Source: Sedimentisphaerales bacterium (lineage in GTDB: Bacteria; Planctomycetota; Phycisphaerae; Sedimentisphaerales; UBA12454). Taken from it: DNA of 64,000 nt. The stretch lies in NCBI GenBank assembly GCA_016930635.1, contig JAFGGI010000047.1, forward strand, positions 27,538 to 91,537, read 5' to 3'. Within the stretch, counting starts at the first letter, position 1; every line of letters begins with the position of its first letter. This document shows, one piece after another, positions 26,379-34,128 of this stretch. Position numbers and translations under genes: made by a program. The notes under the pieces are model-generated. The model did no database searches. It was not told the origin of the DNA and worked only from the letters and a program-made list of their open reading frames with translations.

Positions 26379-27017
26379 ATGAAAAAATTAATTACAATTT
26401 GTTTTGTAATAACTTTGGTGGTCAGTTCATATGCGTTCGGCAATGGAACGATAAAGCTTAGCCTTGGCAGGTACGGTACTCCCAATCATGGGTATGACGG
26501 TGAGTTGCTGGTTACAGTTATGAGCGGTCTGGGTGTTCTTCCAACGCACTTTGGTTCTTTTTGTCTGGAACGAGAAGAAGGTATTGAGCCTCATGTTGTT
26601 TATAATGCTGTTATCAATACCGAAGCTATCAAGGGTGGAGAGTCTGTCTCTGATCCTCTTTCACCCCAAACCGCCTGGCTTTACAATCAGTACCTGACTG
26701 GTGCAATTACATTCGGCGATGATTATGATGCTACTCAGTTTCAGTATGCTGTATGGGCACTCGAGGATGAGATTACACCATATGCGGTAGGTGATGGGAT
26801 TTACTGGAATTCTGTTGCAACGGGTTACTATAACGCTGCTATAGCTTCTAATTGGCAGACTATACGTAATATCTGTGTGCTGAACGTAGGTGATGATCCG
26901 GATTATGTTTATCAGGATGTTTTAGCCCCGATTATACCTGCTCCTGGCGCAGTTTTACTTGGCAGTATCGGTATTGCTTTTGTTGGCTGGTTGAAAAGAC
27001 AAAGAACGCTCGGATAG
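26379..27017 (+). CDS. PEP-CTERM ('PAP' variant) sorting-domain surface protein with thioester-domain-like Cys/Gln motifs, paralog B
   Basis: Colinear with 25727..26365. Motifs: ...GSFCLEREE... and ...TQFQYAVWALEDE.... The tail is ...IPAPGAVLLGSIGIAFVGWLKRQR. Confidence 0.85.
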   Translation: MKKLITICFVITLVVSSYAFGNGTIKLSLGRYGTPNHGYDGELLVTVMSGLGVLPTHFGSFCLEREEGIEPHVVYNAVINTEAIKGGESVSDPLSPQTAWLYNQYLTGAITFGDDYDATQFQYAVWALEDEITPYAVGDGIYWNSVATGYYNAAIASNWQTIRNICVLNVGDDPDYVYQDVLAPIIPAPGAVLLGSIGIAFVGWLKRQRTLG

Positions 27018-27082
27018 AGCAGAACAAATGGATTTTAATTGGATAATTTGAATGGAATGTAATAAGGAGTTAATAGAACAAA

Positions 27083-27936
27083 TGAAAAATAAAGTAATAT
27101 TTACTTTGGTGTTCTTCATTTTTGTAACGGCTAATATTGCTGCTGCCAGTCAGAGCTATATGCTTTTTGATGATTGGGGCGGCAGCTGGTCTGATGCGGA
27201 AAAAACACCGGGTAATTCGCAGGATAACCTGATGTGTTGGGCGGCATCGGCGTCGAATGTACTTGACTGGTCTGGCTGGGGACATGTTGCAGGTCTTAGT
27301 AGTGCAGATGAAATATTTAGTTACTACCAGAATCACTGGACAGACCAGGGCGGCTCAGCATATTATGCTTGGGAATGGTGGTTTACCGGTAATAACAGCA
27401 CCCAGGGCGGTTATTATGCGATGACCGGCTGGTCTCAGGTAGATGTACCCGGCGGAGGATTCTATCCTTCAGAAGGTTTACATGACTACTTTATGTATGC
27501 TTCCGCAGCTACTTCGAACGTAATGCAGGCGATAGACCAGTTTCAACATGCTGGATATGGAACCTCTTTAGGATTATTCTCATCTGCTATAGCTCATGCC
27601 GTGACTGCGTGGGGATTCGACTATAATCCTGACAATCCGACTGAATATTATGGTATTTGGATTACTGACTCTGATGACGGTAAGAATGACTTGACTCCCG
27701 AAGACGAATTATGTTACTACGCCTTGAACTTCAGTAATAATAAGTGGTATCTGGAGGATTATTACGGATACTACGATGTTTATATTGATCATGTTCTCGG
27801 ATTAGGGCGTATGCCAGGATGGGACGATATTCCTAATGAGCCGGTACGTGAGATTTTTATCCCTGCACCCAGTGCATTGGTACTTGGCAGTATAGGTGTA
27901 GGATTTGTCGGTTGGTTAAAAAGAAAAGCACTGTAA
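27083..27936 (+). CDS. IdeS/Mac-like (peptidase C66-like) cysteine endopeptidase with PEP-CTERM ('PAP' variant) tail
   Basis: ATG at 27083 follows AAGGAG (27065-27070) and begins the signal peptide MKNKVIFTLVFFIF...; an alternative start is at 27052. Motifs: ...QDNLMCWAASASNVLDWSGWG..., ...IAHAVTAWGFDY..., ...YGIWITDSDDG.... The tail is ...IPAPSALVLGSIGVGFVGWLKRK. Confidence 0.75.
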
Positions 27937-28050
27937 AAAATGGCAGACAATTAAAGGCGGAATTATTAATTCTGCCCTTGGGATGTTTTGAAGTAGAGTG
28001 GAAAGTAGGAAGATGTATATTTTGCTTCTGTACTTGAAGTAGGTTGGGTC

Positions 28051-28140
28051 AGATTTTATGTTTCGGCCCGTAGTCCTGTTCTGCTAAGCAGAACAGGTGT
28101 TGCTTTTGTCGGCTGGTTACGGACAAAAAGAACTTTATAG
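28051..28140 (+). pseudogene. orphan remnant of a PEP-CTERM tail (no protein body)
   Basis: The frame ending at TAG 28138-28140 reads ...ARSPVLLSRTGVAFVGWLRTKRTL*. This is colinear with the ...PAPGAVLLGSIGIAFVGWLKRQRTLG* end of 26379..27017. There is no upstream signal peptide or start. Confidence 0.5.
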
Positions 28141-28183
28141 AATAACAGGATGGCCGCTACTAAGTTGCGGATGTGGGTATTAT

Positions 28184-29008
28184 TTAAAAAGCTATCATTT
28201 CCGGCAGAGGTTGGCATTGCCAGTTTCCGATACCGTCCCAATATACAGAGATATAATCGACAATAGGGATATTTTGCCTTTTTTTGTCTTTGCAGATATT
28301 CATTGCCATATCATGAAGATGCCGCATGCAGCTTAAGCCCCCGATTTGGCAGGTTTTGACACCGATTTTGGCAATTTCACATTCTGTTTGAAAATTCATT
28401 TTATTGCTTATCAATATTTCAGCAAGTCTTTCAGCATCAGGCAGCAATGTTTTCTGCCAGAGCTGCCGGTTTGATTCTTCATTTGACAGTACTTCTGCTA
28501 ACAATCGTTCTCGATTTTCCTGCATTTCCTGTCGTGTTTTTTTAGCTTCAGCTAATCTGGCAGTACGATGAGCTCGACTTGCAGGTAATAACATTTCAAG
28601 AAAACCTGCTATAGGATCGATAATTATCCATGATAAAAACGTTGCCCCTAATGTACCCAGAGCAATGCCGAGAAGAAATTCGTGTACTACCTGTGTGCCT
28701 GCCATCCCTATAAAACCTGCTAACGCTCCCAAGAATGGACTTATATCATACAGGAATAAATAGTAGTATGCACTGGTCAGCGGATGTTCTATCGACAACT
28801 GTGTCCTGCTGATTTCTCTGAAGATAATAAACAAATACAAGCTTGTCAGCAGTAATAGTATTAGAATGGAATGACCGGAGAAGGAAAAAATAACCCACCA
28901 TTCGATACCGGCTTGCCGCAATGCTAAAGTTAAAATATAGCCGATACATGCAATTAGCCAGATTGCACCGGAGAAATGAATTAATTTTAGCATTCGACGT
29001 AAAAACAT
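28184..29008 (-). CDS. hypothetical polytopic membrane protein with cytoplasmic C-terminal domain
   Basis: A 274-aa ORF with about 5 hydrophobic helices in the first 150 aa, then a charged coiled-coil-like segment and a Cys-containing C-terminus. No family recognised. Confidence 0.5.
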   Translation of the reverse strand: MFLRRMLKLIHFSGAIWLIACIGYILTLALRQAGIEWWVIFSFSGHSILILLLLTSLYLFIIFREISRTQLSIEHPLTSAYYYLFLYDISPFLGALAGFIGMAGTQVVHEFLLGIALGTLGATFLSWIIIDPIAGFLEMLLPASRAHRTARLAEAKKTRQEMQENRERLLAEVLSNEESNRQLWQKTLLPDAERLAEILISNKMNFQTECEIAKIGVKTCQIGGLSCMRHLHDMAMNICKDKKRQNIPIVDYISVYWDGIGNWQCQPLPEMIAF

Positions 29009-29062
29009 TATCGCAAAACCCCTTTAATGTCAGACAAACCTTTTTTAAATGGCTAACATAAA

Positions 29063-29812
29063 TTAAGGACCAGACTGTGTTGATGCAGGGCCTTCCAGAG
29101 TTCTTTGTATGACATTGATAGTTGAGAAGGTACTGTTGATCGGTGTTGTAATCTCCTGTACGGTTTTCCCTATGGAGGCCAATATAGTTGGCGGCACGTA
29201 GATTATGTCGCCTTGTTGTATTAGAACATCTCTGCTGGTATCGCCGGTGGTCATCATTTTTTTGAAGTCCAGTTCAAATACTTTAGGTTTTATATTCACA
29301 TCATTTGATGGTCTTATCACCCGGATGCGTTCGTTCCAGGCTAGGATAGTTGGATTAGCCGAGGCAATAGCTGTAAATGCCGGAACTCTGCCGGTACAAA
29401 GCTTTGGACCCGGATGTTCTACTTCGCCGAGAACATAATAGTAATTACTTTGGTACGTTGATATCTGAATGTCAATTGGATTATCCCCAGATAGTGCGTA
29501 AAGTTCTATAACTTTCATTCGCAGATCGTTTGCTAACTGTTCGGGAGTTTTACCTGCTGCGTATACGCTTCCCAGACTCTCGAAGGTTACATAGCCGTCA
29601 GGTCTGATTTGCTGTTTTTGGAGATTAATTTCAGGGACTTTTAAGCAGTGTATCTCAATCTCATCCGGGGGCATCAGGAAATACTTTTCGGTTGTTACAA
29701 CAGTATCGTTTGGTTTTAAAAATGCGTCGATATCATCTATTTTGGATGACGAGGAACATCCCGCAAACAGGACAAAAGACAAAATAATCACATTTAAAAT
29801 TATTGAACGCAT
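29063..29812 (-). CDS. polysaccharide export lipoprotein (Wza/EpsE-like, Poly_export + SLBB)
   Basis: Lipobox ...VLFAGCSSSS. The motif ...IRPDGYVTFESLGSVYAAGKTPEQLANDL... is typical of the polysaccharide export family. A strong AAGGAGG RBS precedes it. Confidence 0.85.
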   Translation of the reverse strand: MRSIILNVIILSFVLFAGCSSSSKIDDIDAFLKPNDTVVTTEKYFLMPPDEIEIHCLKVPEINLQKQQIRPDGYVTFESLGSVYAAGKTPEQLANDLRMKVIELYALSGDNPIDIQISTYQSNYYYVLGEVEHPGPKLCTGRVPAFTAIASANPTILAWNERIRVIRPSNDVNIKPKVFELDFKKMMTTGDTSRDVLIQQGDIIYVPPTILASIGKTVQEITTPINSTFSTINVIQRTLEGPASTQSGP

Positions 29813-29917
29813 TATACTTACCTCCTTAATATTCTACAGACTGTACTGATTGTACGGACTGTATCGATTATATGACGTTTATCACTAACCAATAATTAAA
29901 CCCAAAGCAAGCGGGTT

Positions 29918-29946
29918 ATTATACCTATTATAGGTCCATATGTCAA
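29918..29946 (-). promoter_or_regulatory. consensus sigma70-type promoter (TTGACA-17 nt-TATAAT) for the export lipoprotein gene
   Basis: On the minus strand, TTGACA (29946-29941), a 17-nt spacer and TATAAT (29923-18) lie about 105 nt upstream of the start at 29812. Confidence 0.5.
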
Positions 29947-30000
29947 GCTACTGCTTATCGGGTTAGATTATCCTCGTTAAAAAGCCTTTGTTTGATGTAG

Positions 30001-30474
30001 TTAGGATAGTATTTTAACCAGCTTATCAGATATTTTTTCAACAGCGTCTTTAACCTCTTTGCTTAATGGACAGTTAAAATCGGTTTGTCCGGGCTGAATG
30101 CCTATAAGAAAAAACTGACATGGGATTTCGCTGGTTATACAATCACAAAAAAGCGTTAAAGAAACTGAATGGGTCGAAATTGAGAAAGACTGGTCCTCTT
30201 GTGGACTGAAGATTTTAAAAGTTCCCGGCTGGGCTGCGAAATCGACCGCATCTATGATAATGATATTTTGCGGAGTTTTTTTTATAACAGGACCGATGAA
30301 ATTCTCTGGTGTTGTGCCAGCGTCAATAACCTCTGATTTTATTCTGTCCTTAAGTAAATCAGAAACTATGCATCCTGCTGCATCATCTCCTTTTAACCGG
30401 TTGCCTATACAGACTATAACCGTTTTATCTGGATTAATATTTTTAACGAATTCTAAAGCTTGCTTGGGAGGCAA
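30001..30474 (-). CDS. [NiFe] hydrogenase maturation endopeptidase (HycI/HybD family)
   Basis: It has ...VIVCIGNRLKGDDAAGCIV... (the GN-x4-DD-x-G signature). It is the last gene of the hydrogenase operon. Confidence 0.8.
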   Translation of the reverse strand: MPPKQALEFVKNINPDKTVIVCIGNRLKGDDAAGCIVSDLLKDRIKSEVIDAGTTPENFIGPVIKKTPQNIIIIDAVDFAAQPGTFKIFSPQEDQSFSISTHSVSLTLFCDCITSEIPCQFFLIGIQPGQTDFNCPLSKEVKDAVEKISDKLVKILS

Positions 30475-30475
30475 C

Positions 30476-31105
30476 TTACAGCCTGATATTTAATTCATAT
30501 TTGCATGAAGGACATAGTATCTTCATGAAATCGCCGGCGACAGCTTCGGCTTTTGTTTCCTGTGTTTGTTTTGCCTGCTGAGTAAGTTCAGAGATTTTTT
30601 TTTGGCTGGTTAAATTCTCTGATTGTGCAATAACCAATGATGGATTTGTATAAGCAAGTGGGCCAAGACGCTCATATATCCAGGCCAGGTGCTTTTTTAC
30701 GCCGACGATAGCACCGCATTTTTCACATATCTGCAATTCATGTTCGTGTATTTCTTTTGTGGTTTCCCTGTCAAGTGTTGCCAGATCCCACTTATCTGAT
30801 AACTTGATACCTTTTTGAGTGGTACAGTTTTCCTGGCAGTTGCCGCAGAAGATGCAGGAGTCATACCGCTGGATTATTTTTCGTACAGGCGGGTTTGCCT
30901 CGAGATCATCTATCATCATAAGAGACTGTGTGGGACAGACATTTACACAAGCGCCACAACCGATACATTCTTTTTCGTCGAATTCAGGCTTGCCGCGATA
31001 CCTTTCAGGAACCTGGCACGGTTTAGCAGGGAAACGCGTTGTAAAACGCGGCGAAATAACAGCGACCACAGCTTCTTTAAGTTCTCTTAGTTTTGGCCAA
31101 CGCAT
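30476..31105 (-). CDS. 2x[4Fe-4S] ferredoxin-type hydrogenase subunit (NuoI/MbhN/EchF-like) with C-terminal extension
   Basis: Motifs: ...CIGCGACVNVCP... and ...CIFCGNCQENC.... An extra roughly 80-aa tail carries CEKCG and CPSCK pairs. Confidence 0.75.
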   Translation of the reverse strand: MRWPKLRELKEAVVAVISPRFTTRFPAKPCQVPERYRGKPEFDEKECIGCGACVNVCPTQSLMMIDDLEANPPVRKIIQRYDSCIFCGNCQENCTTQKGIKLSDKWDLATLDRETTKEIHEHELQICEKCGAIVGVKKHLAWIYERLGPLAYTNPSLVIAQSENLTSQKKISELTQQAKQTQETKAEAVAGDFMKILCPSCKYELNIRL

Positions 31106-31116
31106 TTTAGCTCCGT

Positions 31117-31440
31117 TTATTTTTCTTCTGCATATCTGTCAATAATACTTTTGTCGGTAAGCGATATTCCGGCTGAATGCGCACCTCTGGATATAGCGTG
31201 GGCGGCGGTTGGTGAGGTTATCAGGATAAAAACAGCACAGATAATTGCTTTGCCGGCTATTGCACCTGTTCCTATTATCAAGGCGGTGCCGCCAAGGATC
31301 ATTATAGTTCCTAAAGTTACACATTTTGTCGAGGCCTGCAGGCGGTTGTAAACATCCGGAAAACGTACAAGCCCTATACAGCCGGAGATATCAAAAAAGA
31401 TTCCAACCGAGACCAGCATATAGCCTAAAAAATCAATCAT
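31117..31440 (-). CDS. Mrp/Mnh-type cation:proton antiporter subunit G (MbhC-like)
   Basis: ...GCIGLVRFPDVYNRLQASTKCVTLG... matches the MnhG signature. About 107 aa with 3 TM helices. Confidence 0.8.
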   Translation of the reverse strand: MIDFLGYMLVSVGIFFDISGCIGLVRFPDVYNRLQASTKCVTLGTIMILGGTALIIGTGAIAGKAIICAVFILITSPTAAHAISRGAHSAGISLTDKSIIDRYAEEK

Positions 31441-31690
31441 CGAAATTCCTTCCTTCCAGAAACTTTGCCAGTGCCAGTGATGCGATAAAACTCAAAAGTG
31501 CCCAGGCAAGTGCGACATTGAGATAAAAATCCTGTTTTGTTACGATAGTCATTATTGCACAAAAACCTACTATAACAATACCCATAATATCAATGGATAC
31601 TATCCTGTCGGCGGCGCTTGGTCCTCTGCCGATGCGGTATAAGCACAGCAGCGAGCATGTTATCAAGCTTATATAAAATACAGCTATCAT
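31433..31690 (-). CDS. Mrp/Mnh-type antiporter subunit F (MbhB-like)
   Basis: 85 aa with ...RIGRGPSAADRIVSIDIMG.... It overlaps the downstream gene by 8 nt. Confidence 0.75.
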   Translation of the reverse strand: MIAVFYISLITCSLLCLYRIGRGPSAADRIVSIDIMGIVIVGFCAIMTIVTKQDFYLNVALAWALLSFIASLALAKFLEGRNFDD

Positions 31691-31702
31691 AAAAATTCCT
31701 GT

Positions 31703-32203
31703 TTACTCAAAAATCTTTGCCAGAAAATATTCAAATTTCTTTGCGATATATTCGGTTGCTTCTTCGGTGTCGGTACTTTTTATGTTAATCCAGTGTATAT
31801 ACATAGTGCCGTCATCTTTCAAATCAACAGTTAGCGTGCCCGGCGTCAATGTTATAGAATTTGCAAGTGCGACGCGGGCAGCATCTGTCTTAAGAGACGT
31901 TTTTATTTTGACAATACCGGGCTTTATTGGCAGCTTCGGGTGTAGAGCGCGGTAAACAACATCGAAATTAGCAATGAGTATATAATAGAAAAATACCGGG
32001 ATATAAATAATCGCCCAGAAAACTCTTACAGGCGAGAAGAGGAATTTATACTCAGTGGGCATAACTTCATGGAACATAACCGAAACAATTATTGCAGCGC
32101 CAACACCTGCCAGGATAACCTGCAGGCTGTCGGCGGTGCCGAACGGCCAGGTCAAAACCAGCCATACAACCAGGGCTACTATAAAATAAACTACTCTTCG
32201 CAT
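31703..32203 (-). CDS. Mrp/Mnh-type antiporter subunit E (MbhA-like)
   Basis: 166 aa with N-terminal TM helices and the conserved ...NSITLTPGTLTVD... block. Confidence 0.75.
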   Translation of the reverse strand: MRRVVYFIVALVVWLVLTWPFGTADSLQVILAGVGAAIIVSVMFHEVMPTEYKFLFSPVRVFWAIIYIPVFFYYILIANFDVVYRALHPKLPIKPGIVKIKTSLKTDAARVALANSITLTPGTLTVDLKDDGTMYIHWINIKSTDTEEATEYIAKKFEYFLAKIFE

Positions 32204-32215
32204 AATTAAAACCTG

Positions 32216-33748
32216 TTATTGACCAGTTAAAATCTGAGCACTTAAAACCTTTCCTGCATAAGCAAAGCCGTCTGAAAGAGCATTAACGGCGTTATCGAGA
32301 ACGACAACACGGAAAGGTTCGTAAATAACGAGTGCTCCCATAAACACACAAAGAATCGCAAGCAAAATCATCGCACAAGCCATAAGACCGCGATGTTCAG
32401 CAGTGGATTTTAAATTTTCAGGCAATTCACCAAGAAATACGTATCTTTGAACTTTCAAAAACGATATAAGTGTTACAATACTTACCAGAACGGTAACAGC
32501 TGCAAGGCCGTAAAGGCCGGCTTGTACCGCGGCAATTACTAATATCAACTTGCTCCAGAAACCATTAAAAGGCGGTACCCCTGCAATAGCAGCAGAAGCA
32601 ATTGTGCATGTCGAGCGGGTAACAGGCAGCCTTTCAGCAAGACCGCCAAGCTCTTTAAGCTGCCTTGTGCCGGTTGACATCTCGACAGAGCCGCTTGTTA
32701 AGAACAACAGCGATTTGAAGACCGCATGATTCATCAGGTGGAACAGCCCGCCGAGCAATGCAAGAGATGCCCAGGCAGGATTGCCGCCATTAGAAAGAAT
32801 AAGTGCCGCCATTCCAATACCGAGTATGACATAACCCATTTGGCTGATACTGTGATAAGCCAGAAGACGTTTGAAATCCCACTGGCCGACAGCGAGAAAG
32901 ACGCCTATGACCATACTTAAAACACCCAGGGCAATTAACACCCAGCTTATCTGCACCGATATTCCTAATACGTTGAAGATAACTCTCGAGAGAGAATAAA
33001 TCCCTAAAGCCTTGATCAGGACGCCTGAAAGCATTGCTGAAATTGGTGCCGGTGCCGAAGGATGTGCATCAGGCAGCCAGGCATGGAAGGGTACAAGAGC
33101 GGCCTTTAAGCCAAAACCTGTTGTAAATAATGCAAGGGCAAAGGCAAGACCGGTATTGATACCATTTTCGGCAACATATCTTGAAATAACAGCCATGTTC
33201 AATGAACCGGTATTACCGTAAACAACTCCTACGCCGAACAGCACAAACATTGATGCTACGGTTCCCAGTGTCATATATTTGAAAGCCGCCTCAAGTTCTT
33301 CATGCTCACAGCCGAACCCGACAAGGGCGTAAGAGGCAATAGAGGCAATCTCGAGAAATACAAACAGATTGAAGATGTCGCCGGACAGTACCACGCCGTT
33401 CATTCCGGTAACCATCAGCAAAAACAGGCTCAGATACTTGTTCTTGGAAGTATACTGCTCCATGTAACGATTACTGAAAAGCATAGCTGTAAAGCTGACA
33501 GTACTTATAGTTGCCAGCATTAATGCACTTAGGCCGTCAAGGACCAGATTTATGCCAAGAGGTATTGTCCAACGACCGACGATATAAACATCAAATCTGC
33601 CAAAGGATAATATTGACATAACAAGCAGGACAGCTATTACCACGGTTGCAGCAAGAGAAGCAAATCCCTTGAATTTTTTACCACACAACGGCAGCAGAAA
33701 GGCCGAAGCTAATGGCAGAGCAATAAATAAAGGCAGAGGAATACTCAT
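32216..33748 (-). CDS. Mrp antiporter subunit D / NuoM-N-like proton-translocating subunit (MbhH-like)
   Basis: A 510-aa polytopic protein with ...HAWLPDAHPSAPAPISAMLSGVLIK... and ...LLAYHSISQMGY..., typical of the NuoL/M/N-MrpA/D family. Confidence 0.85.
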   Translation of the reverse strand: MSIPLPLFIALPLASAFLLPLCGKKFKGFASLAATVVIAVLLVMSILSFGRFDVYIVGRWTIPLGINLVLDGLSALMLATISTVSFTAMLFSNRYMEQYTSKNKYLSLFLLMVTGMNGVVLSGDIFNLFVFLEIASIASYALVGFGCEHEELEAAFKYMTLGTVASMFVLFGVGVVYGNTGSLNMAVISRYVAENGINTGLAFALALFTTGFGLKAALVPFHAWLPDAHPSAPAPISAMLSGVLIKALGIYSLSRVIFNVLGISVQISWVLIALGVLSMVIGVFLAVGQWDFKRLLAYHSISQMGYVILGIGMAALILSNGGNPAWASLALLGGLFHLMNHAVFKSLLFLTSGSVEMSTGTRQLKELGGLAERLPVTRSTCTIASAAIAGVPPFNGFWSKLILVIAAVQAGLYGLAAVTVLVSIVTLISFLKVQRYVFLGELPENLKSTAEHRGLMACAMILLAILCVFMGALVIYEPFRVVVLDNAVNALSDGFAYAGKVLSAQILTGQ

Positions 33749-34128
33749 CCTTTAAGTCTCCTGATCTTTGTTATGTCGAAAGTGCCATATTTTTCATATA
33801 TTCTTATACATATCGCAACCATAAGAGCCAAAGAGCCCAGGCCGATTACGATCGAAGTAAGTACAAGAGCTTGCGGCAGGGGGTCAACCGCTCTGGATAC
33901 GAACAATTGCGAAACGGTCCCTGCCTTGTCGAGCAAATCGCCGCCTGCGGCAATTGGAGCAACAGCTTCCTCAGCAAGCTTTCGCCAGCCCAGCATTACC
34001 AGAAAGAGGTTAACGGCATATTCCATAAGCAAAATGCCTATAACGATCTTGATCATGTTCTTTTTGACCAGAACACAATAAAGACCGATCATAAATAACA
34101 AAAAGCAAAGCGAATATAACATTTCCAA
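33745..34128 (-). CDS. Mrp antiporter subunit C / NuoK-like (MbhG-like)
   Basis: 127 aa with 3 TM helices. Its position and 4-nt overlap with the MrpD-like gene fit. Confidence 0.7.
   Translation of the reverse strand: MEMLYSLCFLLFMIGLYCVLVKKNMIKIVIGILLMEYAVNLFLVMLGWRKLAEEAVAPIAAGGDLLDKAGTVSQLFVSRAVDPLPQALVLTSIVIGLGSLALMVAICIRIYEKYGTFDITKIRRLKG

Noticed and set aside
27956-27976. Hairpin GGCGGAATTA-T-TAATTCTGCC after the protease gene
   Set aside because: The apparent loop is only 1 nt, so the inner pairs cannot form, and no T-run directly follows. The perfect hairpin at 28075-28097 is a better candidate for the array's 3' end.
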